A stretch of DNA of 64,000 nucleotides from Patescibacteria group bacterium (GCA_028714495.1 JAQTMH010000001.1:9721-73720); one strand, 5' to 3'. Shown: positions 1 to 10,744, counted from the stretch's first letter. The notes: generated by a model from the sequence alone, not told the origin. Made by a program: numbers and translations.

Positions 1-1
1 T

Positions 2-496
2 TCAGTTCTCTGGCGGCTGGAGCTCGATGGTGGCCGTAAAACGCTGCTCCACCCAGGCATCAGAGAGTTTGTCCAGAAAATCCGCTCCCAGTGCTTCAAT
101 CAGCGAGACAACCGTCCCGCCAATCGTCTTGTAGATCACCACCGTGATGTCAAGTTCCTGCCCGTAACGAAACGTGGCTGGCTTGATATCCATTCCCCGG
201 CTGCCCGTATAGCTGTCCGACAAGACGACAATCGATGGTTCTACATGATCCACCACGTACAGCCCGATTGCCCGGTCATTGCCGTTGATGAAAGTGATGG
301 TCTTGCCGGCAATGGTGCCGAAATTGAACTGAAGTTCGACATTGCCGATCTTCTTTACCGTGACATCCGTGTCAGAGCAAGGCCTCAAGACTTCTTTCTC
401 GCCACAGCCCACGGTATTCGATAGCAGGATAACCAGCAACAGCCAGGCCGGCCAGGCCAATATGGCTGCTACCACGGTTCTCAACAGCTTTTTCAT
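2..496 (-). CDS. Hypothetical secreted lipoprotein (164 aa)
   Basis: Hydrophobic signal peptide followed by a Cys (lipobox-like LSNTVGC). Lies in a GC-rich patch. No recognisable catalytic motif. Confidence 0.45.
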   Translation of the reverse strand: MKKLLRTVVAAILAWPAWLLLVILLSNTVGCGEKEVLRPCSDTDVTVKKIGNVELQFNFGTIAGKTITFINGNDRAIGLYVVDHVEPSIVVLSDSYTGSRGMDIKPATFRYGQELDITVVIYKTIGGTVVSLIEALGADFLDKLSDAWVEQRFTATIELQPPEN

Positions 497-677
497 GACC
501 CACCCTCCTTCTATTGAAATGGGCAGAAATACCTAGGATATTACCAGTTTTCCGAGAAAATTACTTTATCGCAAAAATAGGAATATTGTCAACTTACTTT
601 TTGTAGTTTGACCATAAAAAAAGCGGCTCTCGATGTATTGATCAGCCGCTCAGATGTCCTAATAGAACGGGGCCAGG

Positions 678-1037
678 CTATGCCAGCAAAGGTCTAACTC
701 GAAAGAGCACCTGATTCTTGCTGACTGTTTGTCCTTCCTGAACCAACACGGCTGAAATGGTCCCCGCTCTATCGGCGTTGATTGCGTTATGCATCTTCAT
801 CATCTCAACCATACACACTTGTTGCCCGGCCTGAACAGTCTGGCCAACCTCGACAAATGGCTTGCCTCCAGGACTCGGTCCCAAATATGCGGTTCCTTGA
901 AACGGCGACAGAATTAATGTCTCCGTTACTACTTGGCCGCCTTGATCCGGCCCATCCCTCGGGGTTGTGGCCTGTCCCGACTTTACCACATCGATGAAAT
1001 TCACATAGCAGTCTTCTTCATCGTCGCCGCTACCCAT
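678..1037 (-). CDS. Biotin carboxyl carrier protein-like (biotinyl/lipoyl attachment domain)
   Basis: C-terminal ~70 aa align with the AccB biotinyl domain (VEVGQTVQAGQQVCMVEMMKMHNAINADRAGTI; E/A-M-K-M biotinylation motif). The N-terminus is short and atypical. GC-rich. Confidence 0.65.
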   Translation of the reverse strand: MGSGDDEEDCYVNFIDVVKSGQATTPRDGPDQGGQVVTETLILSPFQGTAYLGPSPGGKPFVEVGQTVQAGQQVCMVEMMKMHNAINADRAGTISAVLVQEGQTVSKNQVLFRVRPLLA

Positions 1038-1442
1038 GGCTTCCTCCTAGATTTATTGCTTGCCTGGTGTTAAACCCTTTTCCTTACCAGCTAATTGAAC
1101 AGAAGGAGCTGTCTCGATGTTATCGAATATCCTCAATATTGTAAAGAATCCCACAAAAAACTAGCCTATTTTGGCTAGTTTATGTCTGATCTTCAAATTA
1201 CTACCAACAAGCGCAAGAATCCGCCCGATAAACGAGCTTCACCTTGTCTTGCGGGCTACTCGAGCAGATAGGAGGGGTTCCTGCTGTTTTCGCCGCTTGC
1301 TGGCAGTAATTAAAAGGTCAAAACGCGGGATGTCCTAGCTTAGCAAATAATAAATATTTGTCAAGGGGGTATGTTTTGAAATCTTATTATCCCCTTGTTC
1401 CCTTGTTTCTTTTCAAAATTCATGCTAAACTAAGGGTAGTAC

Positions 1443-4400
1443 ATGAAAAAAACGCATCGCCTAGAGGCAAGCTCTAAAGGTGTTTTTGCTTTTTCAGGAC
1501 TGCCTTCAGAATCTGCCCAAACCCACTTTTTAGCCCATCTTAACGCCCCAAATTTAAAACATGAGGCGGTTTTGTGGTTTGTGCCAGAGCCAAAAGACGC
1601 CAGAAGGCTGGCTTCGCTTTTCCGATTTTGGACCCTTGAAAGCTGGCCCGACCCCCTGCTAATTCCTGGGGAAACCCCGGATTCGCTCATCCTCTGGCAC
1701 TTACTAAACGGCCAACCAGGAATCATCTTCCTGCCAATCAGCCTGCTCGACCAGCCTACTGTCTCGCCTGAGACCTTTTCCAAAGAGGGTCTCTCGCTCC
1801 GACCCGGCGTCAGGTTTTCCCCGGCTGAGATCTGCGCTGAATTAGTCAGGCTGGGTTACGATTTTAACACCAAAGCTGAAGCGCCCGGGTATTTTGCCAG
1901 GCGAGGCAATCTTGTTGACGTTTGGCCAATCCAAAATAACCAGCCGGTCAGAATTGAATTCGGCCAAACGGTTATTGACTCACTGACGGTTTACGACAGA
2001 ATTACCGGTAAAATCGGAGAGTGTTTGGAGATGGCGCAAATTATTCCAGCCCGAGTCGACCAATATGAATCGGCTAGCATTTGGCTGGAATATTTGAAAA
2101 CCGCCAAAGAGAAAAAGCGCCTCTTCATCTACGCTGACCCGGACGAACTCGATCTGAAAACCCCGCATTGGTCAGAGGTCAAATTGCTCATCAAGTCCAA
2201 ACCGCAAATTATTTTTTATCCCCTGCCCGAAACCAATACAAAAGACCTGGAATATTCCCACGCCCCTCTCTACCATGGCAACTATAAATCGCTGCTGGCT
2301 GATTTGAAAAAGTGGCAGCGTGAAAAATATACCATCTATTTCCCTGATTCGCTTCAGGTCGCCTTGGCTGATCTCTGGCGCGAGCATAAGCAGGAAGTGG
2401 AGCTTAAAGCTCAGTTTCTTTCTTCGGCTTACCTCGACGACCAGGCCGAAGGCTTTATCTGGCAAGCTAATAAAACGGTTTTTCTGACTAAACGCGAAAT
2501 TGTCGGTTTGCGCGATCATGAACCAGCAATAAAAAAACATCGGCTCGACCTCCATTTTATCGCTGAATTAAAGCCGAACGATTACGTAGTCCACTTGGAT
2601 CATGGCATCGGGCATTTTCGCGGCTTAGTGAAAAATGTGGTGGATGGAATACCCAAGGAGTATTTCCTCCTTGAATACGCGGCCAAAGACAAGCTTTCGG
2701 TGCCGATTGAACTGGCCTATAAAATAGATAAATATATCGGCTCTGAGGTGCCGAAGATCCATCGCCTCTCGAATACCACCTGGTATCAGATGAAGTGCCG
2801 AATCAGCCAAGAAGCGAAAAAAATCGCTGGCGAGCTTTTACAGCTTTACGCCCAGCGCGCTACTGCCACGGTCGAGCCTTGGCTGCCGCCAACCCCGGCT
2901 GAGATAGAGCTAGAAAAAAGCTTTCCCTTCGATGAAACACCAGACCAGCTTCAAGCCATCCGCGAAGTGAGTCAAAATCTGGAAGGCGACACACCAATGG
3001 ACCGGCTGATTTGCGGGGACGTGGGTTTCGGCAAAACCGAAGTGGCAATCCGGGCTGCTTTTAAGGCCGTGATGAACGGCAAGCAGGTGGCGGTCATGGC
3101 TCCGACCACGATTCTGGCCCAGCAACACTATGATACCTTTGTAAATCGCCTGAAGAAATTTCCCGTAAAAATTGAATCTTTGAGCCGTTTCAAAACAAAA
3201 AGCCAGCAAAAAGAGGTGGTGGCAAAATTAAAAACCGGCGAAGTCGATATCGCCATCGGCACGCATCGCCTGCTGTCATCGGATATTGAATTTAAAAAGC
3301 TGGGTTTAATCATTATTGACGAGGAACAACGCTTCGGCGTCCAGCATAAAGAAAAGTTAAAATCCTTGAGAGTCAACGCCCACATTCTGACCTTAACCGC
3401 CACGCCGATTCCGCGGACCCTGAATCTCGGCCTGTCAACCCTGCGCGACATGAGCGTAATCCGTACTCCGCCAGAGGGGCGCCAGCCGATTGAAACCATT
3501 ATCCAAAAACACAACGAGGAGACAGTTAAAAAAGCCGTCAATTTTGAATTAGCCCGCGGCGGCCAGGTTTATTTCCTGTATAATCGGGTTGAAACTATCA
3601 ACCTAAAGGCCAATCAGCTGAAAGAGCTCGTTCCCAAGGCTAAAATCGGCGTCATTCATGGTCAGTTGCCTGAGTCCCAGCTCGCCCACACCATGTCCGA
3701 ATTCGACAATCGAAAAATCAACGTGCTGGTTTCGACCACCATTATTGAAAACGGTCTCGATCTGCCGAATGTCAATACCCTGATTGTCGAAGACGCGACT
3801 CGCTTCGGCCTGGCCCAGCTTTATCAGCTGCGCGGGCGGATTGGCCGGGGCGACCGGCAAGCCTATGCTTATTTTCTCTACCCCCAGAGAAAGCTTACCG
3901 GCGAGGCTAAAAAAAGGCTTCAAGCTATTCTCGAGGCCAAGGAGCTGGGCTCTGGCTTTCAGCTGGCTCTGCGCGACCTGGAAATCCGCGGCGTCGGCAA
4001 TATCCTCGGCAGCGAACAGCATGGCCGGGTCAATGCCGTAGGTTTGAGCCTATATACCCGCCTCCTCAGCCAGGCCATCGAAGAGATTAGAACCGGACAG
4101 CCGGCAAAAATTCTCCGCGATATCGCGATTGACCTCCCGCTGCCTATCACCATCCCAGCTGACTACATCCCCCTGGAAAACCAGAGGCTGAAAGTTTATC
4201 GCGAGCTTTCCGAAGCCAATGAACTTTCCGAACTTGACGAGCGCCTCCAGGGCGTGGAAAAACAATACGGAAACTTGCCGCCCAATGTTAAAAACCTCCA
4301 TTGGCTGCTTAAGCTCCGGCTGCTGGCCCAAGATACCAACATCGCCTGCCTTGATACCATCCACGTGACCGAGGCTGGCATCGTGAAGCCGCGCCTGGTT

Positions 4401-4568
4401 ATCAAATTCAACGCCCAGTACACCCCGCCGCAAATAAAAGATTTGCTGGATTTGAATTCCAACTGGGTGCTGGGCGAAAACCAGGTAAAAATAGATTTTG
4501 AGCTACTGGATAAAAAATGGGCTCCGGAAATCGAGCAGGTGGTGGAAATATTTAGAATAAAGGAGTAA
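1443..4568 (+). CDS. mfd: Transcription-repair coupling factor
   Basis: 1041 aa. DEAD-like helicase motifs (GDVGFGKTEVA, IIIDEEQRFG, LTLTATPIPRTL, QLRGRIGRG) and a C-terminal TRCF domain. Confidence 0.9.
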   Translation: MKKTHRLEASSKGVFAFSGLPSESAQTHFLAHLNAPNLKHEAVLWFVPEPKDARRLASLFRFWTLESWPDPLLIPGETPDSLILWHLLNGQPGIIFLPISLLDQPTVSPETFSKEGLSLRPGVRFSPAEICAELVRLGYDFNTKAEAPGYFARRGNLVDVWPIQNNQPVRIEFGQTVIDSLTVYDRITGKIGECLEMAQIIPARVDQYESASIWLEYLKTAKEKKRLFIYADPDELDLKTPHWSEVKLLIKSKPQIIFYPLPETNTKDLEYSHAPLYHGNYKSLLADLKKWQREKYTIYFPDSLQVALADLWREHKQEVELKAQFLSSAYLDDQAEGFIWQANKTVFLTKREIVGLRDHEPAIKKHRLDLHFIAELKPNDYVVHLDHGIGHFRGLVKNVVDGIPKEYFLLEYAAKDKLSVPIELAYKIDKYIGSEVPKIHRLSNTTWYQMKCRISQEAKKIAGELLQLYAQRATATVEPWLPPTPAEIELEKSFPFDETPDQLQAIREVSQNLEGDTPMDRLICGDVGFGKTEVAIRAAFKAVMNGKQVAVMAPTTILAQQHYDTFVNRLKKFPVKIESLSRFKTKSQQKEVVAKLKTGEVDIAIGTHRLLSSDIEFKKLGLIIIDEEQRFGVQHKEKLKSLRVNAHILTLTATPIPRTLNLGLSTLRDMSVIRTPPEGRQPIETIIQKHNEETVKKAVNFELARGGQVYFLYNRVETINLKANQLKELVPKAKIGVIHGQLPESQLAHTMSEFDNRKINVLVSTTIIENGLDLPNVNTLIVEDATRFGLAQLYQLRGRIGRGDRQAYAYFLYPQRKLTGEAKKRLQAILEAKELGSGFQLALRDLEIRGVGNILGSEQHGRVNAVGLSLYTRLLSQAIEEIRTGQPAKILRDIAIDLPLPITIPADYIPLENQRLKVYRELSEANELSELDERLQGVEKQYGNLPPNVKNLHWLLKLRLLAQDTNIACLDTIHVTEAGIVKPRLVIKFNAQYTPPQIKDLLDLNSNWVLGENQVKIDFELLDKKWAPEIEQVVEIFRIKE

Positions 4569-4586
4569 GGCTAAAATAGAAGAAGG

Positions 4587-4805
4587 TCAGATAATTTCAA
4601 ATACCTTATTTTTTGATTTTCTCCCGGCAATCAGACTGACTCTGGTCGGCGGCACCTTTAAATAATCAGCCAATGCCTTGATTATCGCCTGATTAGCGTA
4701 ATTTTCAATGGCTCGCTCTTTCACCGCTACGATAAAATTGCCATCGCTTAATTTTTCGATTCTGGGCTTTTTTGAATTCGGTTTTGACAAAACACATACT
4801 TTCAT
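4587..4805 (-). CDS. DUF167/YggU-family small protein
   Basis: 72 aa. The KVCVLSKPNSKK...FIVAVKERAIENYANQAIIKALADYL pattern is typical of UPF0235/YggU. Confidence 0.55.
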   Translation of the reverse strand: MKVCVLSKPNSKKPRIEKLSDGNFIVAVKERAIENYANQAIIKALADYLKVPPTRVSLIAGRKSKNKVFEII

Positions 4806-5173
4806 ATTGATACCTTTCTCTATATAGCCATACTATCAATCTACTTGGCTAGTGTAAATACCAATCTTGAATACTTGGGGGTTTTTTGTTTGTGAATATT
4901 TTTAACAAATGAGTAGATGAAAAAATATAATTTACGTTTATTATAGGGTTATTAAATGGCCTAGCCATTTGTTCTTTTGTCAGCAAAAGAACCAAAACTG
5001 CTGGGGGTAATAATTCACTCTCATTGGCATGGTTTCTCTGTACGGTCTACTCTGACGTTCAGTATTACCCCCAGACCCCCAGTCCGCTTGGCATGGTTTG
5101 CTAAAAATATTTATTATTGCTACTATATAAAAAGAACGCAGGGAGAACCTGGGTTTTTTGTTATTACCCGGAT

Positions 5174-5344
5174 CTACCTGCGCGCTTGCGAGGGCGAAAG
5201 AGCCAGAGAAATTCCCCAGGGAAGGAGAAACGCTAGTCCGCCAGCAACCAGGCCGATGAGTGACAGAAGCGGCGTGATCAAAATGAGGAGAACTGCCAGA
5301 ATTCCGTAACCCCAATACTTCAGGTTCTTTATGACCGAGCTCAT
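5174..5344 (-). CDS. Small hydrophobic membrane protein (56 aa)
   Basis: Not in the ORF track (<60 aa). Hand translation gives MSSVIKNLKYWGYGILAVLLILITPLLSLIGLVAGGLAFLLPWGISLALSPSQARR*. Strong SD AGGAGG 6 nt upstream of the ATG. Two predicted TM helices. Confidence 0.4.
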   Translation of the reverse strand: MSSVIKNLKYWGYGILAVLLILITPLLSLIGLVAGGLAFLLPWGISLALSPSQARR

Positions 5345-5424
5345 CCCAGCCTCCTGCTACTGCTAGCCTTAAACCTCGCTTAATCACCTCAACTCTATCT
5401 AAACCAATATCCCAAGTCAAGCCC

Positions 5425-6300
5425 ATGGAAAAATACCCAATCAAAACAATCACCCTCCAAGACAAAGCTTATCCCAGCCTGCTGAAAGAAATTTACCATC
5501 CGCCAAAAATTTTGTACTACCGAGGGAAGCTGGATGAGCCTGGCCAATACATTCTCTCAGTCGTGGGGACTCGCAAACCCTCTGCCTATGGCCAGCGCGT
5601 AACGCGCGACCTGGTTCAAACCATCGCCTCCAGGAATATTCTGATCGTGTCTGGACTGGCATTCGGCATCGACGCCCTGGCTCATGCCGCGGCCATTGAA
5701 GCCGGGGGTAAAACCTGGGCAATCCTGGGTTCTGGTCTGGATCAAATCTACCCAGCCACCAATCGTTTCCTGGCTGAAAAAATCCTGGAAACCGGTGGCG
5801 CTCTGATTTCAGACTATCCGGCTGGAACGCCTCCTTTGAAACAGCACTTCCCGGCCAGAAACCGCATTATTGCCGGTTTAAGCAAGGGTACCCTAATCGT
5901 TGAGGCGCCAGACAAATCAGGCGCTCTGATTACCGCCAATTTCGCCCTGGAAGATAACCGGGAAGTCCTGTCTGTCCCCGGCGAGATATTTAATCAGAAT
6001 GCGGTCGGTACGAACCGCCTGATTAAACAGGGAGCGAGACCGGTTGTTGACGCCGCTGATATTTTGGAAATATTCGATCTGGAAATTGTCCCGAAAGGCG
6101 GGAGAGAATCAATATTTCAACCCCAAACCCAGGAAGAGAAAATAATAGTCGAAGTCCTGCAGGCTGGACCGCAGACAGTTGACCAAATCCTGGAGAAGTG
6201 TAAACTGGAGATTAGTATTATTAATTCTACGCTCTCGGTTCTGGAAATGTCAGGCAAGATAATCCAGACTGAAATGCAAACTTACGCCTTGAATCTCTAA
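5425..6300 (+). CDS. dprA: DNA processing protein DprA (Smf)
   Basis: Rossmann-like DprA core (VVGTRKPSAYG, SGLAFGIDALAHAAAIEAGGKTWAILGSGLD). Conserved dprA-topA synteny. Confidence 0.85.
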   Translation: MEKYPIKTITLQDKAYPSLLKEIYHPPKILYYRGKLDEPGQYILSVVGTRKPSAYGQRVTRDLVQTIASRNILIVSGLAFGIDALAHAAAIEAGGKTWAILGSGLDQIYPATNRFLAEKILETGGALISDYPAGTPPLKQHFPARNRIIAGLSKGTLIVEAPDKSGALITANFALEDNREVLSVPGEIFNQNAVGTNRLIKQGARPVVDAADILEIFDLEIVPKGGRESIFQPQTQEEKIIVEVLQAGPQTVDQILEKCKLEISIINSTLSVLEMSGKIIQTEMQTYALNL

Positions 6301-6303
6301 AAA

Positions 6304-8541
6304 ATGGCGAAACAGCTTGTCATCGTGGAATCTCCCACCAAAGCTAAAACCATCTCCCGTTTCCTCGGGAAGGCTTTTATTATAAAATCATCAAACGGCC
6401 ATGTGCGCGATTTGCCCAGGAGCAAAATGGGCGTGGATATTGAGCATGATTTCGCACCGCAATACGTGATCCCGACGCGCAGCCGGAAAACCGTCACCGC
6501 CCTGAAAAAGGAGGCCAAAGCGGCCGATTCCATTCTCTTCGCGACAGACGAAGACCGCGAAGGCGAGGCCATATCCTGGCATTTAGCTCAATTGTTGGAA
6601 GTTCCCGATGAAAAAGTTAAGCGGATTACCTTTGAAGAAATTACCGAAGGCGCTATCAAAAAGGCGGTGGTGAATCCGCGCCGAATTGACACAAACTTGG
6701 TTAACGCCCAGCAAGCCCGCCGAATCCTAGACCGGCTTTTGGGCTATGAACTCTCTCCCTTTCTCTGGAAAAAGGTGGCCAAGGGCTTGTCAGCTGGCCG
6801 GGTGCAATCCGTCGCCTTGAGAATCATCGTCGAGCGGGAACAGGCTATCTTGGCTTTCAAACCGGTGGAGTATTGGCTAATCCAGGGAGAATTTGACAAG
6901 TCAGACCATTCAGAACCGCATATCACCGCCCGCCTCTTTCAATACAAAGACAAGCGCTTTGAGAAGCTTTCTCTCACCAGCAAGGACGCGGGAGAAAAGG
7001 TTGTCAAAGATTTGAAAGATGCCACCTTCGCGGTCCACAAGCTTGAGCAGAAAGAAATGAGGCGCTGGCCCTTGCCGCCTTTTACCACCTCGACTCTCCA
7101 GCAGGAAGCTAATCGCCGGTTTGGTTTCTCAACCCGGCAAACCATGTTTTTAGCTCAAACCCTTTACGAAGGTCTTCCTGTGGGCGATGAAGGCCCGGTC
7201 GGTCTGATTACTTACATGCGAACCGACTCGGTCAATCTGTCTGAAGAATTTCTATTAAAAGCCGTGAAATTTGTCAAAGATACCTACGGACCAGACTATA
7301 CCGGCTCCCAGCCTCGGCGCTATACCACTAAGCAGAGACTGGCCCAGGAAGCCCACGAGGCCATCCGGCCAACCGACGTCACCCGCACTCCGGAAAAAGT
7401 CAAACCATATCTTGATTCGGCTTCCTACCGCGTTTATTCCCTGATCTGGTCCCGGGCCGTGGCCTCGCAGATGACCGAGGCGGTTATGGATCAAACGACT
7501 ATCGATATAAAAAGTTCCAGCGATTATATCTTCCGGGCCACGGGCAGCGTCGTGAAATTCGACGGTTATCAAAAAGTTTACGTGACCAACCAAAAAGACG
7601 TGGTCCTGCCAAAAGTCGCGGCCAACGAACCCCTGAACCTCCTGGATTTAAAACACGAGCAGAAATTCACCGAACCGCCCAGCCGCTTTTCCGAGGCTGG
7701 CCTGGTCAAAGCCCTTGAGGAATACGGCATTGGCCGGCCGTCAACCTATTCCCCGACCATCTCAACCCTGGTCGAGAGAAAATACGTGGAAAAAGAGCGC
7801 CGCCGGCTAAAACCCACTGAAATCGGCATCCTCGTCACGGATTTGCTGGTCAAGCATTTTCCCCAGGTGGTTGATTATAAATTCACGGCTCAAATGGAAG
7901 AGGGGCTTGATTTAATCGCCGCCGGGAAAAAAGAATGGGTGCCTCTGCTCAAAGATTTTTATACGCCCTTCAAAGAGCATCTCACGAAAAAAGAGCTTGA
8001 GATTTCAAAGAAAGAACTGACCGAAACCGCCACTGACCAGGTTTGTGAAAAATGCGGCAAGCCCATGGTTATAAAAATGGGGCGCTTCGGCAAATTTATG
8101 GCCTGCTCCGGCTACCCCGAGTGTAAAAATACTAAGCAATTAAACGGCGACGGCACCGGTCCGGAAGCTGTCGAGCTGACCGATGAAAAATGTCCGGAGT
8201 GCGGCAAACCCTTGCAGCGGAAAGTCGGCCGCTTCGGCCCCTTCTTCGGCTGTACCGGCTACCCCGATTGTAAATTCATTAAAAATATCGAAAAGTCCAC
8301 CGGCGTTAAATGTTCCCAGTGCGGCGAGGGCGATTTAATTGAGAAACGAAGCTTCAAAGGCCGAACCTTTTATTCCTGCAACCAATATCCCAAATGCCGT
8401 TTTGCCCTGTGGTCAAAACCCACCGGCGAAAAATGCCCGGACTGCGGCTCACTCCTGGTCTACGCGAAAAAAGGCACTATTGCCTGCTCCAGCAAGGAGT
8501 GCAAATTTACCAAATCAGCCGACGAGATAAAAACGGGATAA
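6304..8541 (+). CDS. topA: DNA topoisomerase I with C-terminal Zn-ribbon repeats
   Basis: N-terminal Toprim (LVIVESPTKAKTI), catalytic region (YMRTDS) and several CxxC...CxxC zinc ribbons at the C-terminus. Confidence 0.9.
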   Translation: MAKQLVIVESPTKAKTISRFLGKAFIIKSSNGHVRDLPRSKMGVDIEHDFAPQYVIPTRSRKTVTALKKEAKAADSILFATDEDREGEAISWHLAQLLEVPDEKVKRITFEEITEGAIKKAVVNPRRIDTNLVNAQQARRILDRLLGYELSPFLWKKVAKGLSAGRVQSVALRIIVEREQAILAFKPVEYWLIQGEFDKSDHSEPHITARLFQYKDKRFEKLSLTSKDAGEKVVKDLKDATFAVHKLEQKEMRRWPLPPFTTSTLQQEANRRFGFSTRQTMFLAQTLYEGLPVGDEGPVGLITYMRTDSVNLSEEFLLKAVKFVKDTYGPDYTGSQPRRYTTKQRLAQEAHEAIRPTDVTRTPEKVKPYLDSASYRVYSLIWSRAVASQMTEAVMDQTTIDIKSSSDYIFRATGSVVKFDGYQKVYVTNQKDVVLPKVAANEPLNLLDLKHEQKFTEPPSRFSEAGLVKALEEYGIGRPSTYSPTISTLVERKYVEKERRRLKPTEIGILVTDLLVKHFPQVVDYKFTAQMEEGLDLIAAGKKEWVPLLKDFYTPFKEHLTKKELEISKKELTETATDQVCEKCGKPMVIKMGRFGKFMACSGYPECKNTKQLNGDGTGPEAVELTDEKCPECGKPLQRKVGRFGPFFGCTGYPDCKFIKNIEKSTGVKCSQCGEGDLIEKRSFKGRTFYSCNQYPKCRFALWSKPTGEKCPDCGSLLVYAKKGTIACSSKECKFTKSADEIKTG

Positions 8542-8786
8542 TTACCAGTATTCGTTTCATTATCGAAAAAATATCACTGTTTGCCAGCCCACCCGGCAGA
8601 CAATTATTCGAATTCAAGAAGATAGATTTCCTGGGGTCCATAAAGAAGCGCTCTTGCCTACAACCAGGGCAATCGCGGAATTGCCTGAGTTTGGGAGTGC
8701 CTCAATTATCTTTATTCCGTCTGGAATAATCAATAGCGCTTGACTCCAATCCATTTCAGTGCTACATTAACAAGCTCATTTGCTGT

Positions 8787-10196
8787 TTGAAATCACGATC
8801 CCTAGACCTCCAATCCCGCGTCGCGGGTGATGAAAGGAGTCTGTCCATGAAAACGGGCCTCATTACCTGCGCCGTCCTCGCCCTCGTACTCGCTGGCTGC
8901 GGCGAGAATGGAACCGAACCGGACGAGCACGGCACCATCATCTGCCAAACGTTGCCGGATAGCGCGGCCATCTGGCTTGACGGTATCGACACCGGCAAGG
9001 TGACGGATGCCGAGCTGACCGACATTGACTTTGGCGAACATGTGGTTACCTTCACGATCCACGGCTACCACGACTATGCTGAAACGGTCACAGTCAATGC
9101 TTCCCCCGTCATGGTGTACCGCAATTTCCCGGAACATAAACCGCCTGCCCTGCGCGTACTGTCAAATCCGCCCGGGGCAATCATCACGCTCAACGACACG
9201 ACACTGTCTGTTGTCACGCCGGCGGTCTTCCCCGACGTTCCGCTTGGCTGCAACGACCAATGCGACGTCTACCTGCGCTTGCCAGGCTATTACCCGCATT
9301 TTGAAACGGTACTGCTAGACAGCGAGAACACAATCACGGTCTCAGCCACGCTCGAGCCCTGCCCGGACATCGACCTTACGTTCGCGCGGAACGATACGCT
9401 CTATGCCATGAAAGCCGACGGCTTGACGCGGCGGGTGCTGGCGACCGGACTGGGCAATGGCGGCCTGTACCAGGTATCGCCCAACGGCCAGTATATCGCC
9501 TACTCGGCTATTACCGGTATCGTCGTCGCGAATCGGGACGGCAGCATCAGGGCTGAGATGCCAAGTCTGTACGGCGGAGATGACTACGCCTGGTCAAACT
9601 CAGGCGACCAGCTCGTCTTCGGCCAGTTCGTCGACGGCATCTATCTTTACGACGCGCCGTCGAACACTACCCGGGAGATTCTTGAGACGCGGGGCTTTCT
9701 CTACGACCACAGCCCGACTTTCTCGCCCGGGGATTCATATGTCGCCTATGTCTATTACGCCGACGGGAACGACGCCGCCATCAAGGTGATGCGAGCCGAC
9801 GGAAGCGAAGCGCGCACGGTCTTCTCGCGGGCCAGAACCAAGTATGACGCGTCGTCGCTGCGACTTTGTTGGGCAGCTTCCAACGCGATCATCTGGACCA
9901 ACACCAGTGGCATCTACCGGGTGGATCCGAATGCCGGAACCAACGAAAAGGTGGTAGACGCCTACCTGACCTCTGTCGCCTATTCACCCGATCGGACGAA
10001 ATACGCGTTTATCGAGAGCGGTGACCAACACGGCCTGTACATCGGAACGGTCGGCCAGTGGGATCGCCGCCGCCTGCTGGACACCCACGCGGACGCGCCG
10101 CGCTGGCTGCCTGGGAATGACTGTCTTCAGTACTGGGGAGACGGCCATCTCAAGTTGATGTCCTCGGACGGCACCACGCACATCATTGCTCCATAG
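8787..10196 (+). CDS. Secreted lipoprotein with PEGA-like domains and a TolB-like beta-propeller region
   Basis: The true start is probably the internal Met near 8847 (MKTGLITCAVLALVLAGCG lipobox). Two PEGA-like segments and repeated YSPD/beta-propeller-like motifs. About 60% GC. Confidence 0.55.
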   Translation: MKSRSLDLQSRVAGDERSLSMKTGLITCAVLALVLAGCGENGTEPDEHGTIICQTLPDSAAIWLDGIDTGKVTDAELTDIDFGEHVVTFTIHGYHDYAETVTVNASPVMVYRNFPEHKPPALRVLSNPPGAIITLNDTTLSVVTPAVFPDVPLGCNDQCDVYLRLPGYYPHFETVLLDSENTITVSATLEPCPDIDLTFARNDTLYAMKADGLTRRVLATGLGNGGLYQVSPNGQYIAYSAITGIVVANRDGSIRAEMPSLYGGDDYAWSNSGDQLVFGQFVDGIYLYDAPSNTTREILETRGFLYDHSPTFSPGDSYVAYVYYADGNDAAIKVMRADGSEARTVFSRARTKYDASSLRLCWAASNAIIWTNTSGIYRVDPNAGTNEKVVDAYLTSVAYSPDRTKYAFIESGDQHGLYIGTVGQWDRRRLLDTHADAPRWLPGNDCLQYWGDGHLKLMSSDGTTHIIAP

Positions 10197-10468
10197 TATA
10201 ACAAACCACCGCCTCGGCTTAACAGCCTGGGCGGATTTTCTTTTTTATAAATTCGGGATAGTATCACTTGCCAGCCCGGTAGATAATCATTCGAATTCGG
10301 GCGGATGGAATAGATGAGGAATCCATGATTATTTTATTTTAGTTTAGGTCTTCTAATAATTACTCTTGACAGAATCATTTTTCTGCGCTATACTTTTTTG
10401 TTCATAATGTTTAGTTGAACCCCCCGTTGCGAGGGCCTCGCGACACAGTTCATTTGGAGGGACAAGTG

Positions 10469-10744
10469 ATGTCAAAGACATACCATGACCTGAGCGATGA
10501 TGAGATCAGGCGGGCCGCAAGGCAAATCGTAAGCGACTCCTCAAGTGACGATGAGATCAGGGCAGGCCTGCGTGACAAGCTGGGTTACCCCTACAGTGCA
10601 GCTATCACCTCGTGTCAGCCTGCTGACCAGGTCGGTCGCGAGGCCCGAGCCATAGCGCAGGGTCTCGGCGGTCTCGTCCGCAAGGACGGTGCCATGGTGA
10701 TGGTGATGATGCACAGCCCGCGGGGTGACACGATCTCGCTCTGA
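10469..10744 (+). CDS. Hypothetical small protein (GC-rich island cargo)
   Basis: The ORF track begins at a TTG (10415). An internal ATG at 10469 has a GGAGGG SD. No recognisable domain. Followed by a rho-independent terminator. Confidence 0.35.
   Translation: MSKTYHDLSDDEIRRAARQIVSDSSSDDEIRAGLRDKLGYPYSAAITSCQPADQVGREARAIAQGLGGLVRKDGAMVMVMMHSPRGDTISL

Noticed and set aside
4977-5465. ORF-track proteins 4977-5309 (+, 110 aa) and 4980-5465 (-, 161 aa)
   Set aside because: They overlap each other on opposite strands, lack an RBS, and their translations are low-complexity. Replaced by the 56-aa SD-preceded membrane ORF at 5174-5344.
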